Shown: in pieces, positions 47,626-62,600 of the stretch
Numbering within the stretch: position 1 is the stretch's first letter
How the letters are laid out: each line of letters opens with the position of its first letter
Program-made: the position numbers and the translations under genes
DNA from: Ascidiella aspersa
Lineage: Eukaryota
DNA length: 64,000 nt
Assembly (NCBI GenBank): GCA_963924565.1
Contig: OZ004612.1
Span: forward strand, 5,084,001-5,148,000
Direction: 5' to 3'
The notes under the pieces: model-generated
Told to the model about the DNA's origin: nothing
The model's database searches: none
What the model saw: the letters and a program-made list of their open reading frames with translations, nothing else

Positions 47626-50600
47626 TTAATTTTTTTTTCCAACGTTCGCATTCTCGTAGATCGCATCTGAAAAAAAAAAACAGAAACAAATCGTCAGCAA
47701 TTTAGTTTATTTAATCCACTTTAATGAAGTCTTACCAGTTCCAGGCATGGAACCATCGTTCACATTTTCGTACGGGTTTTCCAAATCCTAAAATAATAAG
47801 ATAAAGTTAAATGATTATTGTGTCCGTAGAACTAACATCGTTATCAAAAGCTGAATTATGACCAGCTTTATATTCTATCCAGATATTACAAAAAAAACTT
47901 TGATTATATTGTAATGTTGACAGGCTGTCGCACAACCCTGCTTCATCAGGTCTAAGTAGAAATAAAAGCGTTCTTTTTGGAGGTACTTTAAAGCTGGTTA
48001 CCTTTCCATGAGTTGGTCCACTGGAAGGGTTTACAGCAACGTTTGCTGCTCCAGTACCTACAAAACAAAACATTTTTCGGCGAATACATTTGGAAGGTTT
48101 TAAGCCGTCAGATTTAGTTTAAGTTACATCAACCTAATTTAGCATGTACTTGTATAGGGCATGTCGCCATGTGGATATATCACACCTTTTAGACCGATTT
48201 TTTAAGTTAAAATAACTCATAATGTCAAGTATTTAAGCTGGGTTGAAGCATAATAGGCAGTATTGTAAATGACTTGACTAAAGTGCACAAATGACTTGAG
48301 TTAAAATGAAGTGTGTTCATGAAGAATTTTTTTTTATAAAATTGGGTTATATCTTAATTCTTGCATATAAAACAACTAGCTTGCTCCATGTTGCGCTTTT
48401 GTTGTATTTTAATTGAGTTATTTCTCATACTCTTTTAGCAAGTTTAGCAATTTAATAGATTAACGTTTTATGTTTATGACAATGAGATGACTTGCTTCAA
48501 ATATGACTTGACTTGGACTTATGCAACTGATGAGTTAGACTCGGACTTGAGCTTGACTTGTCATTTACACAAACATAGTTTATTTGTACTTACTTTAGTT
48601 ATTTTACAAATGACTTGACTGGGATTTAGGTCATTTTTATAGGTTATCTGTTTATCAATCAAACACTTAGTTTTAAAAAGTAAATCTTACTTAAACAAAG
48701 CGGTTATTCGAATTAAAGTTGAGTAATTTCGGCTTAAACTCTACCTAACTTAACATTTACTTTAACAACCATTAGAAGCTTTCGTCATTTACATTTTAAA
48801 GTCCTTGTAAAATTGTGACTTACTTTGTGAAGTGTAGGCAACTGTAGCAGGTTGTTTCGTTGTTATTTTCCTTCTGTAAGTAAAATAGAAAAATAATGAC
48901 ATTTCTTCGAATCCAGAGCATTTTGATTGAGGAAACCGAGTACCCAAACCTGTCACTTGTTTCAACAAGTCAAGCACATGGAAACTTTTAAAGTGGAAAC
49001 TATTCGTAGAATGGAACTCTCTAAAATGAAAATTTCTCCAACCTAGTCTGTATAATCTTTTCTCTAAGGCGTCCCTTTAGTGATAAACATATAAAAACAA
49101 GAGTATAAAATTAGGTGCATAATTTATTTTGTGTGTGCGCAATGCGTCACGTCTTCTTGTAAGTTAAAAGGCTTTCCAATTTAAATCCAAACTTTGCTAG
49201 TTTTTTAGTTTAAATTAGACTTATTTTAGATGTTTAAACTTTGGGTCCGATCCCGATTACGAGTGGTAAAAATCCACGCGTTTCAAAACAACGCAAGTGT
49301 TGCTAAAGAAATAATTAATAGGACATGCCCTATAAGAGTTGCAGACGTATGACAGCATTATAAACCAACAAAACAGCAGGTGTTATGCCTTACCACTTGC
49401 GTCGGGTAATACTGTTGTTGTTGTGATGGACATTGGAGTGATGCAGTGACCTTTAACAGGGGTTGGTTCACTTGCGCCTTCGCAAGTCTCCGCTTGGATC
49501 TAAACATTTAGCATAACTTGTTGACAGAAGTACATAAAGTTGTCCATTTTTATGTACTGCAATTATTAAATTCGAAGTGATCAGTATTGAAACACATGGA
49601 TCAAACGACGTTTTGTTAAGTAGTTCCATACTATTTTCAAGCAATATATTTGTGCTTGCTGTTCGTTAGAATATAACTTCAAGAACTCGTAAACAAACCA
49701 AGTGGATTATATTTAACATAGCTGTGGATTTAATTACTACAGTAAATGTGTTTGGCAGACGTGGTCCGCATCCGGACCTTTGTAGTATAGAAACGCATAA
49801 AGCATTTCCAATTTTTGAAATATGATAATACAGTAAAAAAGCAAATTTTTAAGGTTTTTGGTACGATAACGAGAAACGTAAAGGGGGAAAAAAAACTAGT
49901 TTAGAGTCCCTGGTTTAGACGTTTCATAGCAAATAAGAAAAATTAAAATTAAAAATTTGTATTATACCTTAGTACTTTTGTGTATCAGGTTGTTTTAGGT
50001 TGAAGTATAGCTACATTTTACCGAATTGAAAAAGGTCGTAGTTTGATGGCCGTGGATGTTTTGCAAAGGACAAACAAATGGCGTTTACACAAGCAACACT
50101 TACAGTCAAGTTTACATTCTGTACATTGCCATGCTTCTCTGGAGATAGTTGGACATTCAAGGTTTGGTTGCTTGCACTGAATCTTTCTTGGGTTGTCGCA
50201 TGTTGAATCGTTGCAGTAACCTAAATGCAAGCACAAAATACAGTTTAAGAGATCAAATACGAACCACCTTTAAAGATATTAAAAAAGAAAAGCAGGCCCA
50301 GCATATACACTATACTGCAGTGATATTGAAACGTTTAACCCCAGCAATACCGGGACGGTCATCCAACAAGATAGCGGACGCGCACATATGTCTTACACTT
50401 AAGCCCTAATTAAGCCTGAATAAGATTCTTCGGCCTTTCCAAATGACGAATTTAACTTGCAAGAAACTTTAAGTTTATACAGTAGGTTATGACTTGCTTC
50501 GAAAAGTATTCTTTCTGAGAGATATTACATCGTTTATAACCAAGTCGTTATCCGTCTACAGACAGTCTGTAAAAACTAATTTCTGCATCACTTTTTAATC

Positions 50601-53600
50601 TTTCACAAGGTTAAAAATTATTTAAAAAATGCACGTGTAAGTTGATAATAATATCCACAGCACCGTTGTTTGCGTATGATGGTGTGCACAGCATGGTTAA
50701 CAGCGAATTTTTTTACCAGTGCTGTAAACAAGTCATTTGCACTATAGCTTAACTTCAAGTCAAATCAATTTCAAAAATTATTCAGACAATGCGAATTCCT
50801 ATGTATTACCGAACACCGGAAGCTTTCGACAGATTAACTGAACCAGTCGAACAAAGATGCAAGCAGAGCAGGCTAGAAAAACAACTATAGCCTGCAGTGA
50901 GGTTTGAACTAGAAAACCGGGGCCATAACCTTATATAACATACAGGGGCCGTAACCTCAAATATATTCAATAAAAGAAGCAAAGACATATTGTCCTTTTT
51001 TCAATCTTCAGGTGTGGTATTATAACCTTTTATCGTAAGTTTATATAAATATTTAACGCGCGTGGCGTGTTGTTTTAAGGCCATTCAACTTTGTTTCCCG
51101 ACCACTGACCAGGTATGACTCGTTGTTACGTTGTGTGGGCGCGAAGATAACACAGGGAGTTGTTGAGTTCACGAACGCTCCGATCACTCTTTCGGGTAAT
51201 CCATATCCTGTTGTGACGTTGCTTGATGACTCGACTGTAAAGTTGCTGCAGCCAAGGAAAGAAGCCTTCACCTAAAGTAACCAAGTGTTTGGAAGTTAAG
51301 TACACTATTGCCCAGTGTTGTAAACAAGTTATTTTGAAATGACCTAAGTCCCAGTCAAGTCATTTGTAAACTAACTTACGTCCAAGTCAAGTCGTTTGTA
51401 AACTAACTTAAGTCCAAGTCAAGTCGTTTAAAAACATAAAGTCAAGTCTCCAATCTGGTCGTTTTACTTGCAACAATTGAGATAAATAACTCAATTTTAT
51501 GAGAAAAAATTGACTAAAAACACTTTATTTCAACCCAATTGCTTTGACACAATGACTTAAGTCTAAGTCACGTCCTTTTACCAAAACGACTTGAGTGAAG
51601 TCAATTGAAAAGAGTGAGGTACTTTTAAGTCAATTGAGTTATGTCGTTTTTAAAAGTCATTCATGCACGGATCTGTAAAGAAGCTTGATAATAAACCTTA
51701 AAAAAAAAAAGATTGATCGTAGATTGAAATAATCTTAATAAAGACTTCGATACGAAAACCTTTATAAGCGTTGTTTGGATATATTTCAGTCACTTTAACT
51801 GATGATATTGATTAGATGCCGCTGTAAAAAAGGAGTTAAATTAGAAATGAATCACCTTGATGATATACTCCGATCTCGGTGTTAAACCGGGAATGTCAGC
51901 CTTAAGCATTGCGTACGAAGCTGTTTGTAATATCGTTTTGTTGTCTTGTGTTGATTGCACCTCCACCTGCATAACGCAGAACACAAACACAATTGACCCG
52001 GATTGTATTTTATGTAAAAAAACAATAAAAGTGGTGGCACTAAGAGCCTCCAAAGCGAATGAAAATACCACATTATTCCACGGGCTCTAAAAGTATAATT
52101 ACGTCTTGTTACAATTTGTGTGCTAACATAATTTGTATACAAAACAGCAAAAGCGTTTTACATTTATAGCGATTTTCAAACAATGTTCGCCCCCGTGCGC
52201 CAAAATACTGAAATAACCGTCGACAAACAATTTAAAAAAATGAATATATTTAAAGGTTTTGTAATGATATAAAGACGAAAAAAGTAATGCATATTACCTG
52301 CATGTCAATTTTGTGTCCTGTTAACGAGAGGTGCTTGCTGAAATTATCCTGCCATTGTAGTTGGGCGAATGACGAATCACAAGAGTCCACGGAAGCTGTC
52401 GTTTCCACTGTTAATGTAATACGCAAAGCTATATGTTGTCAAATACATGTTAAATAATTTTGACACTGGTTTTGTGCAATCTGGATAATTTACTAACTGT
52501 ACAGTAGGGCTTTTTATTGTTATAAAACCGAAAAAGGTTACAGAAATATCTCACTCTAATAGACGGAACAGTTTATTTATACATTCTTGATTTTGACAGT
52601 AATTTTGTGCAAATTCGATAATTTAATACCTGCATATGGTATAATGTTTTAAAACGGAAACAATTCGCAGTAATAGCCCACTCTAATGAACGGGAACCGG
52701 CTCATTAAACTTACCTAATTTTGACGGTATGAAGTTACAAAAATGATAAAACTCTTTTTTAAACTTGTTTTATTGCAAAAACAAGCAGAACTTCCTTACG
52801 TTTATTTTGACACACATAATATGCTTTTTCGCCGATGCAATATGCGTTTGTAGTAATCCACCCATTCCCATAGTGTAAAATCTTTTGCTGGCAGGTTGAG
52901 GAATTTATGGGGTTAAAGTCTGCAACAGTTCCATCTCCCCACAACCATTGCTGACTCGAAGGATGCCATCTTGCCCCAATCGAAACCTTAAAGTCTGCGA
53001 ACAACATCTTGGTGTTAAGTTAATTACGAAATAGGAATAGAATTACAGTTAATTCTGAGGAAAATAAGCAAGCTCCATTCGTAGACATACCGCACTCGCC
53101 TGTTTCATTTTGCCGATTATTTACATTGAGTGTGTTTTTGTGTGCAACAAAAATATTTATTAACTAATATAGAAGCTAAAAATAACACATTATGCAGTCA
53201 ATAATTTTTCTTTTTCAAGAACAATGAAAAACAACTTATAAATAACAGTAAGAGACAATTTAGAATTTTTTCAAAAAATCAACTATAAAAATATCGTTTT
53301 CTTTTTCCAGAAATACTTTGTGAATTAAGAGTAGGCTACAACATATACCTAGTTAAAACGTTAGCAAAATCTAAAAATTCAAGTATGTGAACCGTATATA
53401 ACCAGTGTTGTATTGACTTTATTTTTGCCTAAAAAACTGGGCGTGACTTAAAAAACTTAACTCCCTATTAGTTTCGTTTTTAATGTTTGCAACGTAAAAT
53501 ATTCCTCAGCATTGAAAGTGTGTTGACAGATTTTTTTAAGTTTAACTTTTAATTTTAATACCATTCAAGTGAATTGGATTTGAATTGTTATGCAAATGAC

Positions 53601-56600
53601 TTAGACTGCGACTCGACTTAAGTAACTTATGACTTACTGGACTCAAGTAATTTCAAAAGACTTGTTTACAACACTGCATTTATTCACAAAGTAATGACTT
53701 GATTGTCTTATAACGAAATGTACCTGGGACGAAAAATACTCCAAGGTATTTGGTGTATTGACCATACGCCGCATTCGCATCTGTCAACCTTACAGAAGTG
53801 CCGCCTGAATTCCCATACGCATAGACAGGCTTATATCCAGGTGTCGCGACTTTCGCAGCATACAGTTTGAAATCCTCAACCAATCCTGGAACAATAGTTT
53901 AAAAGTTAGATACAGCGTCTGTTGCTTCGTAACCTACGAAATATCCAAACCTGTTGATGCGCAACTTCCTTGTATTACCACATACCACGCGATCGAGCCG
54001 TATCTGCAGAAATGAATTGCTATCCTGTTTGGAGCCAACCTATAAAAGTCGTCCTATTGTTACTGAAGCTTTTAACAATTTTAATGGCGACCCCAAACAC
54101 ACTTTTAAATAAATTTCAAATATTTGTTACTTTTAATAGATATGTTGATGCTATCAGGCATAGTACAAACTGAAAATAAGACTTCGGATATTTATTTTCT
54201 TATCGAGGTTTCGGCCAAACAAATAATACCAGAAGAACTTATTTTTAGTATAGTAGTTTTATTTTTTAAATGTTCAGCCCGTTAACCTAAATTGAAACAC
54301 AAGCATGTTTTTTCCCTTTAAATTGTGAGAATTATTATGATTCGTACTATAGCGCTAAACTCTTCATTGCGCTAGCAATAAACAGGTTTGTTAACAATGT
54401 AGGATGTGGACTCGCTAACAATCATTATTTATACTTTACAAATTTATTATTTTTCTGGTTCGTTTCGACCAGGCAGCCAGCTTTAAAGATAACGTCACAA
54501 TTGACGTCATAAAACAAGTGGAACCCGTTTTTATAGAAACAAATGTGAAACAGAAATGAAGTCTAAACACATTCGAAAATCGCACCAAAACGTGTTTTTT
54601 TTTTCAATTAAACCCTTTTCTTTTAAAATAACGGATTCCATGTTTTAAATTATAAACCAAGATTTCAGTAAGGCCTCCATATAAAACTATATAGTCTACG
54701 GAATCCGCTTGAACGCTGTAGTCACTGTAGTGGACTGAATATGCAGCTTACGTGGTGAACAGATCAATGTGTTGTAAATGACCAAGGCGACTTGTGCTTT
54801 TCCAGGAGTCAACTTCTCCTTGCTGTTTCGAATATTTGTAGTAGTTCGAGTTGTAGAAAATCCAGACCCTTGTCGTTTCTGAACAAATGCCTTTTTGTTT
54901 AGGAATTAAATGCAACACTACTTTGTGATGGAATTATGCGCGTTCGTATGTAGGCCTATACTGGTACATTGCCTAATGTATGAGCTATTGTTAGCTTAAC
55001 GGAGACGGGGATGCGAACATTTTCTGCACAATGTGCGCAAAAATGTGCAAAAATGTGCAAAAATTGTGCGCACATATTAAAAGGGCTTCAAAAATGTGCG
55101 CACTTTTTTTCACAATGTGCGCACATTTTAAACAGCCTTCAAAAAAGTGCGCTCTAACTCTAACTCTAACTCTAACTTTTTTTTTTGAAGCGCACATTTT
55201 TGAAGGCAGTTTGAAATGTGCGAACATTTTTTGCACATTTTGGCGTGCACATTTTTGCGCAAAATAACGCCACGTCCCTGTTGGCTTAACGGGTAATTGA
55301 AGCCCACAAAATTGATAAAGTAGGCTTGAGTGAACCAGGTAATAAACGTATATGGGGTTGTGGAATCCCGTCGTTTGTATTATCTGAAATGGGATTATAT
55401 TATTTTGTTCTTCACAACGTCTGTTCCAATAAGGCTAAGAAACAAAGAGGATTCAACAGCCGTGGTAATATGTTGCAGGGCTCCGGAATTGGTTAAAATA
55501 ACCCAAGTTCCACTTTCCAAAGTCCCGAGTCCGAGTAAGGCCAAATGTGTAATTTCGTCCAGTCCTCAATCAGGCTCAGAGTGTACAGCCTGTATTCCAC
55601 CAATTTACGAAACTAAATACAGTGGATATTCAGCAATCCAGTTATAGGGGTGTCATATAACTCCTACACAATACATGGATGGAAAATATCCACCACATGC
55701 TATTCTATCTTTGCATTTTACAGTTGGCGGCCATATTAGTTTAAATATTTGGAACTGCGGATGCGCAGGTCGGACTCGGGACTCGGGTAGTTTTACGTGG
55801 TCTTACTCAAGTCCCGAGTCCGACTCCAACAAAACAAACCGACTCCTCGAGGCCCGAGTGCCATCCGACTCCGCAGTCCTGCTTTCAACAAACACAAAAT
55901 TTTTTCAACAAATACCACCCTACCACGACTTACCACTTGCGTACTTCGCTTGAACTGCGTTGAGCAGCGAATCGTTTGTCCTTGCATCGCCAGCCGTAAC
56001 CAGATTCCCTCCCAGAGACTTGCACTTGATTTTAGCTGCATTTGCGTCCAATAGATCGTCGGACAGAGTGAGAACGTTGCTTCCACTCACTGCTGTGCTT
56101 ATCGGGCAACCTGGAAGCAGTAGACAACTGGTTAGGTCTTTCAACTTTTTTGTAGCACAGACTCTTAAAAATATTTTGGATTGCGTGGAACAAGGTATGC
56201 ATGAAATTTAGGGGATGACGTCATGAATTGACGTCATCAAACAAATTCACCCAAGAAATCTGCTATAAGGGATTTAACTAATAAAATCAAGTAATAAAAC
56301 GGAAAGAAATTCTAAATAAATTTGGAGTAGGCGCCAAAGCGTTTTTTTGTCTAATAAACTATGTTCTTTAAAACTTCAATCCATTTTTCAAATTACCAAG
56401 ATCTCTTAGACCTTAATAGACCCTCTAAAACCAATCCACTTACCCCCAACGGGGTCAACAGATCCCAGTTTAAGAACCCCTTGACTAAAGCAGGAGCACG
56501 TTTATTGCAGAGCTATTTAATTGCAACAGATTAAAATTAATTTAGGGACGGAACTTAAAAACTGAAAAGAACATAACAAAGTCTAGTGATGTTTGCTATC

Positions 56601-59600
56601 TAATAATAGTAATATATGATTCAAACCAATGACTGGCCCCGTTCCGAAAGTAAACAACAAAACAAATTAACAGCTGGTATGAACATTGGTGCGATTTGAT
56701 ATTATCGTACGAAAGTAGGTTCAAGCAATTAAGCTATCAACCAGTAAAGTGCAGCGGACTTACCTTGAATTTGGCAATATCCAGTCACTATTCCGGTTCT
56801 ACTGGTACAGGTACTTGTAAGCGCTTGAATCTACAAAAACGTTACAAATCGTTTGATTTCAAACCGTTACTGTTTTCACTTGATGTTTTTTACCTTCAGG
56901 CTTATTTGATCGTTGTATCCGTGGTGTGATATAGGAACTTGCAAAGTTAGTTTGCTATTTGCTGGTTCAGATTTTACATCAAAATAATATGTGCTTGAAT
57001 TTGAGTTGCTGGTGGAATCAACCTTTATACAGAAAAAGTGACGGTTAAATGAAATTTCCCTTTGAAATATTATATTCTAATCGTTGGACATGCAACTAAC
57101 CTTGAACCGCAATATTTTCTGGTTTGACAGGTGGCTAGCGTCAGGATAGACTGCCACAATGCACTTTGCAGAATTCTCCACCCTAGCGTCGGGTGTTGGA
57201 GTTTTGAGTCCCGTTTTAGCAGCGACTTGGGAACTTGTCACAAAAGTGCTGGAGCAGCCGGTAAAAGTGGCACGAACCTGAACATTTGATAATAAACTGG
57301 TAAACACAATCAGATTTAATTTTATTCAAGTGTTAATCACTCTAGGGTGTAATATAACCTATCAGACTGGTTGGAAAATATTCAACTATATGCTATCATA
57401 CCTTTGCGATTACAGTTTACAGCCTTATAGCTTAAGCACATGCGCACGCCAAACTCGGGACTCAGGTAGTTTTGCGTATAGTCTTACTCGGGTCCCGAGA
57501 CCCACTCCAATAAAAAGAGTCAAGTACCATGTCCCGAGTACGATTCCGACTCTTCAGCCCTGCCTTGCAGTGGTAGCTTGTGTAAGAAGCTCACTTTGTT
57601 AGTGAATACATCAGTGTTGTAATGAGTTAAGTCAATGACTCCACTTAAATGCACTAAGTCACTGTTTTAAAATGACTAGACTTGACTTAGGTATTTTGGG
57701 CAAAATGACTTGATTTAACTTGAGTCTTTTAGTTAAATGAGTTGACTTGACTTGGGTGAAAATGAAGTGTTCTTAAAAATCTGTTTGTTTTTTTATAAAA
57801 TTGAGTTATTTATCCTAATTTTTGTACACAAAAAAACGCTTGTTGTATTCATGTTATGCATTGTGTCGAGTTATTGCTTATAGTCGGACGAGTTCCTCAT
57901 TAATAGTTTAACGTTTAATTCTTATGACAATAAGGACTGGGACTTTATTTGTTATTGATTCAAAAAGACTTGTTTACAACAAGTATGACAATATTGTTTG
58001 TGTTACACTGATGCTGTTCTAACAGCATTGTTTAGTGTGTATTAAATCATTCTATTAATTTGAATAGGAAATGAATCAGCTTGGCTAAGCCAGTGAGCTG
58101 TTAGTAAGGTCCAGCACACTCATAAAGATTTCAGTTTCAAATTAAATCCACCAGTGTTTTCTCAAGTTCCAGTCAAGTCATTTGGAAAACAACTTAATTA
58201 CAATTCTAAGTGGAGTCTTCAACCAACTTTAAACTATTATATTTGACCTATTTGAGCAATAACTTAACTAAAAATACCACCAAACGTAACATATTGCAAG
58301 CTAATTGTTTTATGCGCAAAATTTTATAAACCAATTTTATAAATAAATCTTAAATGAAAACACTTGAATTCAACCGAGGTCATTTGTCCAAAATATTCAA
58401 GTCAAGTCAAGTCATTTGTCCAAAATATTCAAGTCAAGTCAAGTCATTTGTCCAATAGACCTAAGTCAAGTTAAGTCATTTGTCCAGAATAACTAAGTCA
58501 ATTTCACGTCAAATTATTTGAAATAGTGACAAGTGCACTTAAGTCGATTCATTAACTTAAGTCGTTACAACACTGTGTCTAGTAGCAAACTATCTTTCCG
58601 TAAGCCCCTCTATTGATTTACATTACTATTTTGCTCCCATACTGGAGCAGTTACTTTTCGCGATATATATTTTTACTTTGTACACATAAAGTGACTTAAG
58701 TCAGGTACTAAATACCAAATATAAATGTAAGCCACTTACAGTGAAATTGAAGTCAGTGTTGGCTGCTAAGGCTGTTACTCTATAACTTCCAACTCCGTAG
58801 GCCAGAGTGCGGGAAATGGCGGTTGTTCCTTGCAAAACCTGAGACATAAAAGTACTTTTTGATATCTTAAGTGTCTATAAACCTTTGTTGCGCAAAATGG
58901 AAATTAATGCATGACATGCTGATTAAAATGCTAGAAGTCTTACCTGAGTTGTCAAAGAGCTGCCCTGTATGATGGCAATTTTTTGGAGGTTTTGACTCCA
59001 CAGAACATCGGCCACACTTGCATTGCATTGCTGTGTGGTTGTTGAGCTAGTCACTGGGAATATAACATTGAGAAGATAATTTTATATGCACACTTACACG
59101 TAATTTACGTAATTTATATGCACACTTACACTTAATTTGGCAAGCGTAGTATATGTTTGTCCCTGTGCAATCCACGTTGTCAGTCGTCCAGCCTCTGGAA
59201 TACTTGTACGCCTTCTGCTGGCAACTTGTTCCTCCGGGGTTAAAGGAAGCTACTGAACCGTCGCTCCACAACCAAGTACTAGTTGTTGGGTTGTAACGAG
59301 CTCCAATAAACACCCGAGATGCATCAATAACTGGACAAAATACCATAGTGTTCTAATAACTTAATGACTAAGCTTACTTTATTCTTTTTGGCATTTAAGT
59401 TAGGTAGTTGCAAAAAAATGGTTCGACTTGGGAACTATTAGGGCAAATGACATGACTTGTACTTATAAATCCACTTACTATTAAACAGAAAAATTTGTTG
59501 GGGTACACCCGAGCAAAACTAACTCATTATTTACATCATATTGTCCAGTTATTATCAGATGCATGGAAAAATTAAAATGTGACTTTTTAACATAAATATT

Positions 59601-62600
59601 GGGAGATGCAACCCCAAAACATAATTAGTTTATCCAATTAAATCGCAATTTTCTAACACTTAGTTCTGGTGAAAAATGCGTAAACAACAACCATCATTGA
59701 AAGTAGACTTAATTTTCACAGTAATTTCGTCGTAAAATTACTTTGTATAGGCCAAGGTACAAAGTACCTACGGTCCATCAATATAAAGACTTGTTGTTTG
59801 ATTTCGGAACTATAAATTATGGTGAATATGCTTTAGCGGTGAATGGCAAAAATTAAATCCGCCCTGTTTTAGTTTTAAAATGTATTGTATGTATTCAAAA
59901 CTGCTAAATATCAAGGTAAAGCTGCTATCCTATTTCTTTTTTAACATTTTCGTTTTCTACAACGATTATATACCGGTCAGTGTGAGTGAAGAAATTAGGG
60001 CGCCATCTTTAAAAATCTCATGCGATTCGGTTTGACATTTTCTCATCGTTTCGGAAAGAAAATTATTCTCATGTCAACCCTGATTTAGCCTGCTTTATTC
60101 GCTTCGCAATTACAGGAAGAAACACTTTTCGGGGCCTAGCTTTATTTGATACACACCAGCATAGATTATATATTCCTCTGCACTAAAACCGTTGTGGTAA
60201 TCGTATCGGGTGGTTGTTAATCTGTTTCCCCAAGCTACGTCTTGAAGTCTTCTGTACTGATAGATGGTTTGATGTCCAGCTGCAGAACTTGAACCATACA
60301 GGTCAAAATCGTAACCCCAGTCAATGTCTGTAAAGTTAAAAAACAGATTAACATTCACTTAATACTGAATAACACTTGAACGTAAAAAACGTGAACGGTA
60401 TACATATAAAATGAAAGATGGAGAAACATATTTGTGTTAACAACTGTGATCTAGCTCTTCTGAAGTTGTTAACACACATATGAGCAGCGAAAAGCCATTG
60501 CAGAATCATCAAATCTGTCGATGAATAATGCAAGCAGGGCAGGCTAGAAAAACATGTAGCCTGTTGTAAGGTTCAAACTCACGACCTCCGGTCAAGCCGG
60601 GACCGTCGCTCTACCAACTGAGCCACACAGGCTCAGATAGGTGCGAGTAACATCTTGTTTGTACAGAAATAAGTTGTAGAACAGGATCCCCAGTTCAGAT
60701 TGAATCAACTCGAACCGCATCACATTTGTATATTTGTAACTGGACCAATCACATCTCGCTATCCAATGGTAAAATGACTAGGCAACAACAGCGGTGACTT
60801 GTGTGGTTACAGCAGGCGATACAACTAAAAACCCGCGTATATCATAGTAGGTAGGACGACGACGCCAATATGGCCACGGCCGTGAGTTCGAATCTCACAA
60901 ATTCCTTTCTTGCAATCAAATCCTTATCGACCAACTTATTTCAGCTGGCCCAACGAGGCAACAAAACGTATCAAGTAACAACCGATTTCATTAATGGTTT
61001 CGTACCATTAACGTTCTGTTTTTGTTATTTGTTTGAATGTTGCTCAGTATTATTTGCGCTTACATTTGAATCTGCGACAAAAACAATCACAGTAATTCAG
61101 GTAAAAAATATCGAAGCAATATGTCGAAATTATCAACATGGAGAAGAAAACATACGTAGTATACGACTAGTGTAATTTTCATCACATATTAAAAGTATAT
61201 CTAAGTCACATTTTTATCTCACTTTTTTTTTTTAAATAAAACTTTTAATGGTGCTTCGCATTTACGCTTACAAAACGACCTGTCAAAATGTTAAAAAATG
61301 TTTTTTTTTAAAAAAAAGATAAAAAGATCATTTAACACAGACAGCAGATATGCAAAAACTGATCAAAATTGAATAAATTAAATCTTACATGCGGCGTCGC
61401 AAGCTTTATTTCTGATTTGCCATTTGTAGTCAAAATGTCGACAGAAGTATAGACGTGTTCTTCCAGTTTCCCACCTGAATACATTTACACGTTGATCAAC
61501 TTAATACAGTGAAATTAGTTTACCACCAATTTCGCAACGCACAGTTACAACTAAGGCGTTTCGTAGCCTCCGACTCATTTGGATTTAGCTTTATTTTGTG
61601 TGTATCAGTACAAGCGCCCTATTTTTCCTTTGAAAATAACCACAGTGGGCATTGGGGCATTTTTTAACAAACTTTAAGCAGATTAATACATACTGTATAG
61701 TATATTGCAAACCTTAACTTCTGATTTCCTGATTTTGGACAGAAATAAAATTGCGTCCTTTTAGAATTCCATCTTATTTAGGTTATAAGAACTGAATAAG
61801 AATTAAAAAAATAGAACAACGTAATTTTGTAGCTTCCGGTTCATTTGAATTTTGCTTTTTTGTGTCAGTAAAGGCGCCTCATTCGTTCAAGATCCTAGCA
61901 AACGGGTAGTTTTTCTAGCTTGCCATACAAGGTTAGTTGAAACCCAGCAAATTACGTACTACAAACCCGCAAGGTAAGAAGAGTTTGCTCATCTACAAAA
62001 GGTTTTACAACCACTGAAGCTGATAAAATGGAGAGGTCTCTGTTTGCTATCTGTTGGTTTCATCTATCATAAGGAGGTAAGGGATGGACGTTTCATCGCA
62101 AGATACATCGCCACAACTATAGAAATGCCCGATATTTACATTGATCGAGAAAATGTCTGATACTCTGGACAAAAATCACCGTGATTCGCTCCTATACCAA
62201 ATGACGTCATTGCTATTCTCCACCGACGAAATTTTTTCTTTTGGTGCATTTATTCGCAAAAATGCAGTTCACTAGCCAACTCAATACTATGGGTATTAAG
62301 TTGGCTATTGGACTACATTTTTAAAACCAGTGCTTCTTCACCTTTGTTTACGACCCACTTTCATTGCAAGTTTTATTGTGCGACCCACAATTATGACCAA
62401 ACGAATGAAAAGCATATTATTGAGAAAAGGCCCAATACAGTACGAATGCAATTTAGTATTAATGCGAAACTTGATTTTGCATATTGGATATTATCAGATC
62501 AAGACGAATTTGATACATTGTTGCAAAAATGTTAGTTAATGATAATGCAATAATTTTCCGATCTAATAGAAAACTATAACATTTAGGAATGCTTCGCGAC

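Noticed and set aside
50018-50236. Cys-rich ORF (CNDSTCDNP...CTECKLDCKCCLC) suggesting a zinc finger or EGF-like domain
   Set aside because: Wrong frame. The phase-0 frame (VTATIQHATTQERF...HGNVQNVNLT) fits the neighbouring exons and is homologous to unit-1 exon 19068-19196.
54991-55267. ORFs rich in CAK/CAH on both strands
   Set aside because: Translation of a foldback repeat; not protein coding.
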